From the NCBI GenBank assembly GCA_045863235.1, contig BTUM01000045.1, positions 1 to 64,000 on the forward strand: a DNA stretch of 64,000 nt, in the 5' to 3' direction. Below are positions 46,401 to 55,838 of the stretch, in pieces. Below the pieces are notes generated by a model. The model was not told the origin of the DNA. It ran no database searches and saw only the letters and a list, made by a program, of their open reading frames with translations. The stretch is from Candidatus Xenobia bacterium (GTDB lineage Bacteria > Vulcanimicrobiota > Xenobia > Xenobiales > QWHO01). The translations under genes were made by a program, and so were the position numbers. The first letter of the stretch is position 1; each line of letters starts with the position of its first letter.

Positions 46401-48575
46401 CGCACTGGCATCCGCCAACAGCAATCTCTGATCGGCTGGCTCGACCTGATGCGCAAGATCGGCAGCGGCAAGGGAAAACGAGCGCCGCTTCTCAAGGCCA
46501 AGGCGCGCGAGCGCCTGGCCGAGTGTCGCGAGTCGGTTCCGGTCTGGATCATGCCCATCGCGCGCGTAGCCGAGAGCTACAAGCCGGGTGAGACCTTGTT
46601 TGACGTGGTCATCTTGGACGAGGCCAGCCAGTCCGACCTGACCAGCCTGATCGCCTTCGCTCTCGGGCGCGAGGTGCTGGTGGTCGGGGACCACGAGCAG
46701 GTCAGCCCCGAGCAGGTTGGCCAGTCGGCCCAGGCCATCGAGTCCTTGATCGACCGCTATCTCAAGGACGTCCCCAACAGCGAGCTGTTCGACGGCAAGA
46801 CCTCAGTCTACGACCTGGCGCGGCGCTCTTTTGGCGGCACCATCCGCTTGCTGGAGCACTTCCGCTCGGTGCCCGAGATCATCGCCTTCTCCAACGCCAT
46901 GTGCTATCAGGGCGAGGTGCAGCCCCTGCGCGAGCGCTCGGGCGTCAGGGTGGCTCCCGCCACGGTGGCTCACCGGGTGCATGTGACCGAGGCGTCCAAG
47001 CGGGTCAACCATGAGGAGGCGCTGGAGGTGGCCTCGCTGCTGGCTGCTTGCTGCGAGCAGCCGGAGTATGCCGGGGCCTCGATGGGCGTGATCAGCATGG
47101 TGGGCGAGGAGCAGGCTCTGGCCATCGACCGCCTGCTCACCCGGCACCTCAGCCTGACCGAATACGGCAAGCGCCGGGTGGTCTGCGGCACCCCCGCCCA
47201 GTTCCAGGGCGACGAACGCGACGTGGTCTTTCTTTCGCTGGTGGACACAGCCCCGGACGGCCCTCTGGCCCTGCGCACCCAGGAGATGTTCGTCAAGCGC
47301 TACAACGTGGCCGCCAGCCGGGCCCGCAACCAGATGTGGGTGGTCTACTCGATGGACCCCGACACCGACCTCAAGGAAGGGGATCTTCGCCTCAAGCTGA
47401 TCCGGCACGCCCAGAACCCGTACGTGCTGACCGAGAAGCAGGCCGAGCAGGCGGCCGAGCCCGAGTTCGAGTTCCGCTTCCAGGAAACGGTCTACAAGCA
47501 CCTCACCGACCAGGGCTACCGGGTGCTGGTGCACCATGCCGTGGGTACCTACAAGCTCGACCTGGTGGTCGAGGGGCGTGGCGGCCGGGTGGCGGTGCAG
47601 TGCGACGGCGAGCGCGACTACCCGCCCGGCAAGCTCTCGCAGCACATCTACCGCGAGACCGTGCTCGAGCGGGTGGGCTGGCGCTTCGTGCGCCTGCGCG
47701 CCAGCTCGTTCTACCGCCACCAGAAAGCCTCCCTGGAAACGCTGGTGGAGCGTCTCAAGACACTGGGGGTGGAGCCCTTCGATTCCGAGGAGGAAGCCCG
47801 CCGGCTGCAGGCTGAGCAGGGGATCGACCTCTACGAGCGCGTGGTGGCCCGAGCTGCGGCCCTTCGCCGCAAGTGGAGCGGGGCCGAGGACGAGGAGGCG
47901 GCCGCCGATGGGGAGGGGGAAACGGTGGTGGCCGGTCCGGTCATCGAGGCCCGGGTGGTGGAGGATACCGAGGAGCCCCCGGTGGCTGCTCTGGAGACCG
48001 AGACGCCGGTGGTCGAGGTGGAGGCTGCTGCTCCGGTCGTCGAGGAGTCGGCGGTCGAGGTGGAGGCTGCTGCCCCGGTGGCCGAGGAGTCGGCGGTCGA
48101 AGTGGAGGCTGCTCCGGGGGCCGAGGAGGCGGAGGTGGCCGCCCCGGTGGCCGAGGAGTCGGCGGTCGAGACGGAGGCTGCTCCGGGGGCCGAGGAGTCG
48201 GCGGTCGAAGTGGAGGCTGCTGCTCCTGTGGTCGAGACGGAGGCTGCTCCGGTGCCCGAGGAGGCCGTGGTCGAGGCCCAGGCTGCTCCGGTGGTCGAGG
48301 AGGCGGAGGTGGAGGTGGAGCCGGTGACGGCTGTGCCTGCTGGCGAGCCCATCGCCGGGGAAACTCCCGCACCAGAGCCCGAGCCGGTGCCAGTGCCGGC
48401 CGGTGAGGCCGAGCCCGAGCGACCCGGCAAGATCAAGTTCGGCGCCTCCCGACTGCTCGAAAAGAAGATGGGCGGCGAGGCCGAGGTTGCCGGTCAGGAG
48501 CCCGAGAAGCCCCGCACGAAAAGCTGGCGCGACTTGAGAAAGCGGCTCAAGAGTGACTCGGAGGAACCGGAATAG
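43413..48575 (+). CDS. SF1 (DNA2/UPF1-like) helicase with C-terminal Vsr/REase-like nuclease and acidic tail
   Basis: QGPPGTGKT, DEASQ, VGDHEQ, LEHFRS, FQGDERD, NVAASRAR; then KLDLVV..AVQCDG..LERVGW. Confidence 0.88.
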   Translation: MSSVTDLREQARERIRRLFDYLLAVQRLNTPPCLDLEEYPFQLRLGELPEHPAVELGPLPLDPREEAEDFLLRVRRPKDVPCPPLPEALEGWVKPGWDRLDGTVTTFVRKKKGGSMVPFEADEARPEALQAWLKSRKDWEKPALAANDVNDLFDRLLEVWGRLERESETVELVVGLGVVRVKDDQGVADHPLVLQKLTLEFEAERAEFTFRETDREPGLYSALMQRFEFTPDVSQECRQILGNTEDTDPLGSLLDRLWPGVRVTAKLADLGPAKAKVQLSREPVLYLGSRSLGFSSAIEAFLEALPGLEVLPPALVRVVGFDIDLEGDIVESRGPSTRVDPLSNVDPLYTMPANPEQERVAGRLAAHGTVLVQGPPGTGKTHTIANLVGHLLAEGKSLLVTSHRTKALRVVREMISPQVRPLCVSVLDNESESHEQLEEAVKGMVNLFSSSDAEELERLANTYGERRMDIKSRLAAAEQRLVEARTAEYEPIPRLDGESIHPTRAAQEIAEGRGLHDWIQGPVPPGGSLPLSPDEITELYALNSLITPQDEHDLQGRLAPLEEVPSERRFSSDLERRKLLQEKSERFEAGLWSGSDQDLEGLRRLREAIQAALGPLADADVLQREVIRAGLAGGEHRQSWQDLVDVIKTARTEIGALERQVLAVGPTLQSDMPLAAQATACAEIVAHLRAGKSITGIELFTKGNWKKLLAGIRVGGGAPKTADDMEAVGALIAMAQKREQLKARWDRQVGRWLSMSEGTASVPTAAELGERPEDTCAQHVARVLKSLNWTETWAECKKAMAETGLRWEIVEERVPPNSAPQGDILRLRDTLKDHLEPVVEARTAWVECRLLDKQREDLLTLLDVPEQEDHGKVVARLREAVQAKDPERYGEAWNRLVVLHQQKAHKLRRDAYLERLKQKAPGWAEAVFERTPPHNQPKPPGDPEVAWQHRQWAQLLDSFAEQNLDDLQQEIMRLRQQLQDATASFVENLTWSAQLRRTGIRQQQSLIGWLDLMRKIGSGKGKRAPLLKAKARERLAECRESVPVWIMPIARVAESYKPGETLFDVVILDEASQSDLTSLIAFALGREVLVVGDHEQVSPEQVGQSAQAIESLIDRYLKDVPNSELFDGKTSVYDLARRSFGGTIRLLEHFRSVPEIIAFSNAMCYQGEVQPLRERSGVRVAPATVAHRVHVTEASKRVNHEEALEVASLLAACCEQPEYAGASMGVISMVGEEQALAIDRLLTRHLSLTEYGKRRVVCGTPAQFQGDERDVVFLSLVDTAPDGPLALRTQEMFVKRYNVAASRARNQMWVVYSMDPDTDLKEGDLRLKLIRHAQNPYVLTEKQAEQAAEPEFEFRFQETVYKHLTDQGYRVLVHHAVGTYKLDLVVEGRGGRVAVQCDGERDYPPGKLSQHIYRETVLERVGWRFVRLRASSFYRHQKASLETLVERLKTLGVEPFDSEEEARRLQAEQGIDLYERVVARAAALRRKWSGAEDEEAAADGEGETVVAGPVIEARVVEDTEEPPVAALETETPVVEVEAAAPVVEESAVEVEAAAPVAEESAVEVEAAPGAEEAEVAAPVAEESAVETEAAPGAEESAVEVEAAAPVVETEAAPVPEEAVVEAQAAPVVEEAEVEVEPVTAVPAGEPIAGETPAPEPEPVPVPAGEAEPERPGKIKFGASRLLEKKMGGEAEVAGQEPEKPRTKSWRDLRKRLKSDSEEPE
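47980..48330 (+). repeat. Intragenic imperfect repeats encoding EESAVE(V/T)EAAP
   Basis: GAGGAGTCGGCGGTCGA occurs four times. Confidence 0.75.
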
Positions 48576-48701
48576 GTCTGGGAGGATACGAAGTTCAGAG
48601 CCAAGCGCAGAAGTCGGGCATGTGACTTGCAGCGAAGAACTCGTTCTGCCCCAAGATGAAGGGCCCGACTCCTGCGCGCAGCGATCATCAGGATAAGAGT
48701 T

Positions 48702-48786
48702 CTAATGTGCTCGCACTTTGGTTTTGCACATCAGCATGACGAACTCGCCGGAACTAAAGTGCAAAACCAAAGGCCCTGCACATTAG
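48702..48786. mobile_element. 85-bp palindromic MITE/REP-like element, complete copy
   Basis: Terminal IR CTAATGTGC/GCACATTAG; internal IR CTTTGGTTTTGCAC/GTGCAAAACCAAAG. Confidence 0.6.
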
Positions 48787-48846
48787 CAGCGCAGCCGGAC
48801 CGCCAATGACACGGTTCTCCGGCTGGGCGACGCCCAACAGGTTGGG

Positions 48847-49302
48847 CTAGAACTCGTCTTTGCCAAACTTTTTCTCGTACATGTCAGCGGCCTGGGCCAC
48901 ACAGAACACGCTGGCCTCGAACTCCCCCGGGTCGAGCGTATCGAGCAGATGGTCGACACTGGCCACGACGATGCTCTCTTTCTCGGTCTCGATGATGCCG
49001 AAACGGGCAAAGTGGAGCGCTTCATTGAGGCGCAGGAGCTCGATGGCCTGATTCTTGGAAACACCCGCGAAAAAGCCCTTCTTGACGATCAGGCAAGGGG
49101 AATAGATGGTCACGATCTTGTGCTCGTCGCTTCGGGTCGTGTCTCGTATGTAGACGGCCTGTTTGCGATCGCCCTCCAAGCCGATGCCGATGAAGTAGCG
49201 CATGGCCTCTTCGTCCATGTGCCCCTTGAGCCCGGCCAGAGTCGCGATCTCGGCGACCTTCTCCAGGATCTCCATGGTTTGCTTGACAGACATCGTGTTC
49301 AC
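48847..49302 (-). CDS. YbjN/type III secretion chaperone-fold-like protein
   Basis: 151 aa, R.Q.VYI, LLRLNE...FARFG, A..AD.YEK. Confidence 0.6.
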   Translation of the reverse strand: MNTMSVKQTMEILEKVAEIATLAGLKGHMDEEAMRYFIGIGLEGDRKQAVYIRDTTRSDEHKIVTIYSPCLIVKKGFFAGVSKNQAIELLRLNEALHFARFGIIETEKESIVVASVDHLLDTLDPGEFEASVFCVAQAADMYEKKFGKDEF

Positions 49303-49310
49303 CGTCCTCC

Positions 49311-50588
49311 TCAGGAAGTCTCCAGGACCAGATCCACAGCCTCCGGCCGCAAGCCGAGCGCGGCCCCGAGTTCGTGCAGGTGACGACGCTCGAGGTCATT
49401 CAAGGGCCCGTCGGAGAGGGCAGCCGCCTTCAGGCCGTGCACGATTCGATGCAGCTCAGCCGAAGAGAGCTTGGTCTTCCGATTGCGGCGCGCCTCGGCG
49501 AAACGCTCCAGACTGTAGGGGGCGTTGTTCCCGCACTCGTTCAGCACCTGGGTGAGCGCCATTCCGACCGGCAGGTTCTGGGTGAGGTGCTCGAGCTCGG
49601 ACCCGTTAGGGGGCCCGTCCGCCAGCACCACATAGAGACCTCCCCAGAACTGAAAACGAGCCAGCACCGGATCGGCCAGTCCGGCCGTGCCGGCCGCCCG
49701 CGGTCCCGCGGTGTCCTCCATGATCCCGAGCAGCCGGGCGATTTCAGCCTCTCCAGCGGCCGATCCGCGCTCGCGCCAGTAGACCTCCATCGCCTTCATG
49801 CGCAGCGGTGGAAACGGATGCTCTAACTGCCAGAACTCCCGGCCGCCGTGTTCCATGACCTCGTCGGCCAGGCTGCTCCACTGCTCGGCGAACTCGTAGG
49901 GGTCGACCTGAACCCCCGGCAAGGGCAGTCCGGCCAGGGTCTTGAAGAGAGCATTCGCACCCACTAACAGCGAGTTACAAAATAGAAGGCCGGCCCGGTC
50001 AGCGGAGATCTCGCAGGCTCGCTGCCAGGAGTGAAGCAGGCGGCACTGCTCGGACGAGAGGTTTCCGAGCTTCAGGACGGTTGCAGCGCTCAGATCGACA
50101 TGCCCGAAGACGACGTGTCCCATTTCGTGCCCGATCACGAAACCGAGCTCGGGCGTAGTGAGAGTGGACAGCGCACCCGAGCTCAGTCCGATGACCCGAT
50201 GGCGAGACAGGTCGGCGATGAACGCATTGACGTCCGATGAGCCAAAAACGTAGGCTTCGACCGGCTTTTCGTCCAAGAAGTGCTCGGAAACACGCGCCAC
50301 GAGGTCGGCCAGCTCGGGAATGAAGCTTGGCTGCACTCGCACCGCGCTGCTGAGAAGCTGAGAGCGCAACAGGCTACGGCTGCGCAAGACCTCGATTCGC
50401 TGAAACTGATTGCGAAGCTCGGCATCCGCCTGGATCCGCTCAAGCAGCTCCAGGTCTCCCGAGTAGCGGGCTTCCTGGATGGGAAGGTTCGGCACTGCTC
50501 GTTGTTCGGTGGTCCGGAATGGATTACCTACTCGATGTCCGGGTGGAGTCGAGCAAGTCAGACTTTGCGTCATCCTTGCGCTCAACAC
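49311..50588 (-). CDS. M48 zinc metallopeptidase with C-terminal TerB-like repeats (start uncertain)
   Basis: NAF, GHEMGH, EISADRAG, HP...LR; LADG..ELE and LSDG.LND.ER. Confidence 0.8.
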   Translation of the reverse strand: MLSARMTQSLTCSTPPGHRVGNPFRTTEQRAVPNLPIQEARYSGDLELLERIQADAELRNQFQRIEVLRSRSLLRSQLLSSAVRVQPSFIPELADLVARVSEHFLDEKPVEAYVFGSSDVNAFIADLSRHRVIGLSSGALSTLTTPELGFVIGHEMGHVVFGHVDLSAATVLKLGNLSSEQCRLLHSWQRACEISADRAGLLFCNSLLVGANALFKTLAGLPLPGVQVDPYEFAEQWSSLADEVMEHGGREFWQLEHPFPPLRMKAMEVYWRERGSAAGEAEIARLLGIMEDTAGPRAAGTAGLADPVLARFQFWGGLYVVLADGPPNGSELEHLTQNLPVGMALTQVLNECGNNAPYSLERFAEARRNRKTKLSSAELHRIVHGLKAAALSDGPLNDLERRHLHELGAALGLRPEAVDLVLETS

Positions 50589-50644
50589 GCAGAGGTCGGA
50601 TGACCCAGGTCATTTCCAGGCCAGCCAGACTGCCCTAGGCTGAC

Positions 50645-53600
50645 GTGGAGATGGCTCAACAACGCGTTCGACTGGCCTACCACGCCGGCGCCTGGACGGA
50701 GGGCGAGCTGCGCGTCAAGGTGCGTTCCCTGTCCGAGCCGGACCGGCCGGTGCCGCTGGCCACCCGCATCACGGCCACCCCCGACGTGCTCGACTTCGCC
50801 CTGGGCAAGGAGCAGGAGGAAGTGACCGCCCGGGTGAGCGTCAAGGCCGGTGCGACCCTTCCCTCCGATGATCGAGTGCAGGTCAAGGTGGTGGCCGACC
50901 CGGGCACGGAAGCGGCCTATGCCGCCCTCCAGGTAGCCGGGATGATGCCCGGGGTGCCCCTGCCCCGGCCCTTCAAGACCATGACAGCGGACGTGGAGGT
51001 GCTGGTCTTTCCCTACGAGGTGGAGTACACCGCCACCATGCCCGATCAGAGCCAGAGAGTAGGACTGGAGTTCCCGGTGGATCAGGACGGAGCCTCAGAG
51101 GTTCGAGTGCGCGCCCGGGTGTTCCGGGTGAATGCCGACGGGCAACGACAGGGTGAGGTCACCCCCGTGACCGGTCAACTCCAGGGGACGCCCTCGGCGA
51201 AGGGGCTGAGCCTCTCGGTGTCCCAGGAGGGCGGCTTCGGCCTGCTGGTCAAGTCCACCGAGCTAAATGTGGGCCCTGCTCCGCCCCCCCTGAAGGCGGT
51301 CTTCAAGCTGCATGTCCCCAGCGGGCGGATCTTCACCCAGCACCTGACCTTCCAGCCCCGTCCGCTCCAGGCCCAGCTCAGCTGCGACCCGGCCAGCGTG
51401 AAGGTGACCGAAGTTCACACGCTGGAAGGGGGCAACTCCAAGCTCTTGCTGAAGGTGATGACGGCCGAGGGCAGGGGAGTCAAGGCGGCTTACAAGCTCG
51501 AGGCTCCTCTGGGCAGCTTCGCTCCCTCCTCAGGCCAGACGGACGAATCGGGCGAGGCAAGACCTCTCTATCATCCGCCCGCTCCCGCCGCGGCCGCCGC
51601 GAGCCAGGGCGCCTGGCCCCGCACCATCACGCTCAAAGCCCTGGTCGGCCCCAGGCTGGTGGAGGCGGCCCACTGCGATCTGACCCTGACCTTCCAGCGT
51701 CGCCTGAAGATCGTGGTGGAGAAAGTCGGCTTCGCCCGTCTGGAGAAAGAGCTGGAGCTGCCCGGTCCCGGATCCTGCCGCCTGAGCCTGGTGGCCACTG
51801 CTCGCGACGAGCAGGTGGCGGTGGCCCACGCCTCGGTCAGCGGGTCGGGTTTTCCCGCCACGACCACCGACGCCGAGGGGAAGTGCAGCCTGGAGCTGGG
51901 CGGCTCCGGCTCACACGACCTGGGCAAGCTGACCCTGGCCCTGGAAGAGGGCATGGCCTCGCTTCAAAAACGCGTGGTGGACGGTCTGAGAGAGGGGGCC
52001 GGAAGCCAGCCTCCCGGCGACTACACCGACGCCCAGAGCAAGCTGACCGAGCTGGTGGAGAAGGATCTGGTGAAACGCCTGGCCCGGGAGGAGGCGACCA
52101 CCTTCGAGGTCACGCGCCAGGTCATGCTGGCGCTGGCGGGCAGCATCAAGGTGATGAACATGGCCCGCAGCTGCTTCCTGCGCCGGTTCGGGCGGCTGGA
52201 GACCAGCCTGCGCTCCACCCTGGAGGCCATCCTGACGGCCATCTGGGAGTGCTGGGCGGGAGACGTCTTCACCGGGCTGCTTACCCGCTTGGCGAAAGGG
52301 ATGGCCGGCGCCGCCAGCGCAATTGCCCGGGCCCTGGGAAGCCTCCGGCCGGTGCGCTGGGCGGTCTCCGGAGTCGTGAAGTCGGTGAACGCCATGCGAA
52401 CCACCTTCGTCAACTTCTACATGCGCTTCCACAACAAGGTCTCGCGGCTGTTCAACGAAGCCAACGTGCCCTCCGACATGCGGCGGCGACTGGCCACCGA
52501 CCCGGCCCAGGGACCCATTCCGCTCACTCCCGGAGCCATCGTCAACCAGGTCAAGGAGAGTCTCGACGATGCGCTCAAGGTTCTCAAGGGCAAGGTCGAT
52601 TCGCTGCGGCAAGCGCTCCAGGGCGCTCAGGCCGACCTGGCCACCAACCAGGCGGCCATCCGCGAAGTCCAGGAGCTGATCGCCCGCCAGGGGGGGACGC
52701 CGGGAATGGACATGGGCGACCTTCCCGCGCGTCTGGCTCAGCTTCAGGCCCAGGCCGGACCGATCGAGCGGCGGTTGGCCCGGGCCACCGGGCAGCTCCA
52801 GAAGGCCGAGTTGGAGCTGGTGGATACCGAGGCTCGCAACAAGACGATCATGGTCCTGGCCAACGAGCTGGATACGCTGGTCGAGCTGGGCTGCGGCCTG
52901 CTCAACGTGGCCTTCAACATCATGGTGGCCTCGCTGCTGGCCATGATCGCCCTGCTCTTGACCATGGTCACGCGAGGCCTGCGGCGAGCTGGGGCCCGCA
53001 CGGTGGTGCTGGAGCGGCTGGCCAAGCTGCTCGAGGACATGGTCGGCAACCTGCTGACCCAGGAAGGCACCGAACGGGGGAGCAAGTCGGGCCAGGGCGC
53101 CGTCCAGAAGCTGCGCAACCAGCTGCTGGCCACCCAGCGGAACATGGCCGGACCGGTCCTGGCCGGCACCTACGAGGTCTACAAGGACTGGCCCGAGGTC
53201 GACACGGAACGGTTCCGCAAGGCCGTGCGCTACTACTACGAGGAGGTTGAGCGCAACGAGCTGCTCACTCAACAGAGCGAGGTCTGGAACGACTTCACGG
53301 CCGACATGGTCGAGTGGCTGGAATGGCTGGTGCTCTGGTTCAGCCGCCTGGGGCTCCTGCTGGCCAGCCTGGTAGCCCTGTTCGGCTCGGCGGGCACGGC
53401 CGCCCCCGCGGTGTGGGTGTTCAATGTCGAGGCAAACGCGGCCATCGAGAGCTTCCACAAGTGGTACAAAGGCTTGAAGGCCATGGGCTCGGGCATGAGC
53501 TCGATGGCCGTCCTGGCGGTCACGGTGGGGGTGGTGCTGCCGGCCTATGTGGAGTTCTCGGTGGAGCTTCTCGGCCAGTCGGACCTGCGCGACAGGGCTG

Positions 53601-53665
53601 CCGTGCCACTCAGCCTGCCGGCCCACCTGCTCGATCCCAATGCCTTTGATGCGAGGACGATGTGA
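50645..53665 (+). CDS. 1006-aa protein: shared N-domain, Ig-like region, coiled coil, hydrophobic helices
   Basis: N-terminus aligns with 55839..57443; coiled coil around aa 640-740; several hydrophobic helices. Confidence 0.75.
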   Translation: MEMAQQRVRLAYHAGAWTEGELRVKVRSLSEPDRPVPLATRITATPDVLDFALGKEQEEVTARVSVKAGATLPSDDRVQVKVVADPGTEAAYAALQVAGMMPGVPLPRPFKTMTADVEVLVFPYEVEYTATMPDQSQRVGLEFPVDQDGASEVRVRARVFRVNADGQRQGEVTPVTGQLQGTPSAKGLSLSVSQEGGFGLLVKSTELNVGPAPPPLKAVFKLHVPSGRIFTQHLTFQPRPLQAQLSCDPASVKVTEVHTLEGGNSKLLLKVMTAEGRGVKAAYKLEAPLGSFAPSSGQTDESGEARPLYHPPAPAAAAASQGAWPRTITLKALVGPRLVEAAHCDLTLTFQRRLKIVVEKVGFARLEKELELPGPGSCRLSLVATARDEQVAVAHASVSGSGFPATTTDAEGKCSLELGGSGSHDLGKLTLALEEGMASLQKRVVDGLREGAGSQPPGDYTDAQSKLTELVEKDLVKRLAREEATTFEVTRQVMLALAGSIKVMNMARSCFLRRFGRLETSLRSTLEAILTAIWECWAGDVFTGLLTRLAKGMAGAASAIARALGSLRPVRWAVSGVVKSVNAMRTTFVNFYMRFHNKVSRLFNEANVPSDMRRRLATDPAQGPIPLTPGAIVNQVKESLDDALKVLKGKVDSLRQALQGAQADLATNQAAIREVQELIARQGGTPGMDMGDLPARLAQLQAQAGPIERRLARATGQLQKAELELVDTEARNKTIMVLANELDTLVELGCGLLNVAFNIMVASLLAMIALLLTMVTRGLRRAGARTVVLERLAKLLEDMVGNLLTQEGTERGSKSGQGAVQKLRNQLLATQRNMAGPVLAGTYEVYKDWPEVDTERFRKAVRYYYEEVERNELLTQQSEVWNDFTADMVEWLEWLVLWFSRLGLLLASLVALFGSAGTAAPAVWVFNVEANAAIESFHKWYKGLKAMGSGMSSMAVLAVTVGVVLPAYVEFSVELLGQSDLRDRAAVPLSLPAHLLDPNAFDARTM

Positions 53666-54432
53666 GCGCGGAACGAGGGAGCCTGCAACCGGTGGTGGCC
53701 GAGGGCCTGTCGCGGGCGCTGGAGGCTTCCTGTAGCGGCGCTCTCGGTCAGGTTCGAGCCGGGCTCGGGGGGGCGCTGGGCGCGCTCCAGGGCCTGCGCC
53801 TGCAAGCCGAGCAGCTCACCGGCTCGGTCTCGTGGGATGACTCGGAGGAGAGCCCCTGGTGGGCCACTCGCTCGGGTGAGCTGACCTGCGTCGGGGGGCC
53901 GGGGGACTTCTCCCTCACCCTGACTCCCCAGGCGATCTCGGTGGGCGAGATGCTGGTGGCAGGGACTCCCGAGGGAGAGTTGCTGGTCGGCCACGGGGAG
54001 GAGAGCTGGGTGGTCCGGGCGGACGGCACCGTCGTGGCAGCCGAAGCGGTGGAGCAGGCGCTCGAGCGCTCCGGCGATCAGCTCGAGCAGGGCCTGGAGA
54101 AGCTCGGCCAGTGGTCGGGGGCGCGGGCCTCCGCCCCGGTTCCGGCCCCAGGCGTCGAGTCGGGCTCGTGGTTGACCGAGTTGCTGGGGGATCTCGCGCC
54201 GGCAGCTACGCTGGCCACCCTGGGGGCTCCCCTGGCCCGGGTGGCACCACCCCTCACCGAGGCTCACCAGGAGCGTTGCCCGGAATGCTCGGCCACCCTT
54301 CCGCCCGAGGCCCGATTCTGCCCGGGCTGCGGCCATCGGGTTCTGGTTCATTCGGATGCCTGTCCGAACTGTCACGCGCCGGCCCCGCTCGATGCCCGAT
54401 TCTGCGCCCACTGCGGTCAACGACTCGGCTGA
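53662..54432 (+). CDS. Protein with C-terminal double zinc ribbon
   Basis: CPEC..ARFCPGCG and CPNC..ARFCAHCG; GTGA coupling. Confidence 0.75.
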   Translation: MSAERGSLQPVVAEGLSRALEASCSGALGQVRAGLGGALGALQGLRLQAEQLTGSVSWDDSEESPWWATRSGELTCVGGPGDFSLTLTPQAISVGEMLVAGTPEGELLVGHGEESWVVRADGTVVAAEAVEQALERSGDQLEQGLEKLGQWSGARASAPVPAPGVESGSWLTELLGDLAPAATLATLGAPLARVAPPLTEAHQERCPECSATLPPEARFCPGCGHRVLVHSDACPNCHAPAPLDARFCAHCGQRLG

Positions 54433-54517
54433 CGGTCTTCGTCCCCTCTCGCCCTCCCTGGCACGGAACCGACCATGGCAATCTTGCCTCGTCGGCCGGC
54501 AGGGAAGCCCGACTCGG

Positions 54518-55795
54518 CTATTCGAGGGTCGTCTCGGTCCTCGTTGTGGTGACGATCGGGATGGTGGGGCCGGAGGGGAGGTGAAGCTCCTCGTGGGCCT
54601 CGATATCGCTCTGACGGCAAACCCCCGTGTCGACCTCCACCAGAAGGCTCAAGCTCTGCCTTCCCCTCGAGACCAGAGGGCCGGCGTCGCCGGCGGTCAT
54701 CAGCTCGGAGGTGGTCTCGACCCGCAGTCGAGCAAGTCCCTGCTCGAGCGAGTCGAAGCGGCCCTGGCCCCGGACGGTCCGCTTTCCCTCCAGGTCCCGC
54801 GAGGAGCCGGGCAGGGTGCAATCGCTCTCCAGCTCTACCGTCCAGGTGTCGCCCGGGCGCACGGGCGATTCCGGGAACACCGGGGGGGAGGGAGGGACCG
54901 GGCTTTCCTGGCCTACAATCAACGCTTGCTCGCCGCGGGGCGTGCACAAGAACTCCAGGCGGGCGCCCTGGAAGACCTCTTCCTCACTGGCGTCCGAGCT
55001 TTCGAGCACTTCGACCTGCTTGACCAGCCCTCGGGGGTGAGCCAGGATCTCCTCGCGTGTGGTCATCCGGCTCTCGCGACGGTGCTTCTCGCCCGACTCC
55101 GGATCGCTGGCCTCCACCACGGTTTGTATGTGAGACAACCAGCGCGAGCCAACCGCCGGCCGAAAGCGCAAACTCACCGCATCAGAAGCGCTCCCGGTGG
55201 GAGCGGCGACGGTCAGGTCAGCCGCGCGAGCCAGCGTCCACAACGAGAGAGGACGGGTCTGAGGCAGCGCGTTGGGAACCTCGCCCACGGTCCACACCAC
55301 CAGGAGGGAGTTGGAGTCGAAAGAGCCCGAGCCGATCACGAGCCAGCCGGGGACCAGCAAGAAGTTGCCCGCCTCGGCGGGCACAGGCAAGACCTCGGGA
55401 CCCTGTTTGGCGAAGAGTCGTTGACGCCTGGCCTCCTGGGGGTCGTGAAGCTCAAAGGGCGCCGCTCCCTCCAGCACCAGGATGCCCACCAGAGCGGCCG
55501 CGTCCTGGCTTGAGGCTGAACGGACGGTTCCGCGCGCGTAGCCCTCCACCCAAAGTTGGGTGATCTCGAATGGTCGCTCCGAGGCACCCGATACCCCCAG
55601 TGCCTGCAGACCCTCCAGGGTGACTCGGGCCAGGGAGCCCAGCAGGGGTTCGAGCTCGGGCGGCTGGGAGGGAGCGGTCTCCGAAGAGAAGGTCGGCTCC
55701 GGTTCCCGGGAACGCACGCTGCTGGCCAGGTTCTCGGGGAGCGGAGTCAGGCTGCCCGCATAGAGAGGAGAGCCGTGAAAATTGAGAATGGGCAT
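54518..55795 (-). CDS. Hypothetical protein with beta-rich C-terminal domain
   Basis: 425-aa ORF 43 bp downstream of 55839..57443; PVRPGDTW. Confidence 0.55.
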   Translation of the reverse strand: MPILNFHGSPLYAGSLTPLPENLASSVRSREPEPTFSSETAPSQPPELEPLLGSLARVTLEGLQALGVSGASERPFEITQLWVEGYARGTVRSASSQDAAALVGILVLEGAAPFELHDPQEARRQRLFAKQGPEVLPVPAEAGNFLLVPGWLVIGSGSFDSNSLLVVWTVGEVPNALPQTRPLSLWTLARAADLTVAAPTGSASDAVSLRFRPAVGSRWLSHIQTVVEASDPESGEKHRRESRMTTREEILAHPRGLVKQVEVLESSDASEEEVFQGARLEFLCTPRGEQALIVGQESPVPPSPPVFPESPVRPGDTWTVELESDCTLPGSSRDLEGKRTVRGQGRFDSLEQGLARLRVETTSELMTAGDAGPLVSRGRQSLSLLVEVDTGVCRQSDIEAHEELHLPSGPTIPIVTTTRTETTLE

Positions 55796-55838
55796 GGCGA
55801 CCAGGCATGATTCCCTGTCCGCGGCCGCTGGCCTGCCT

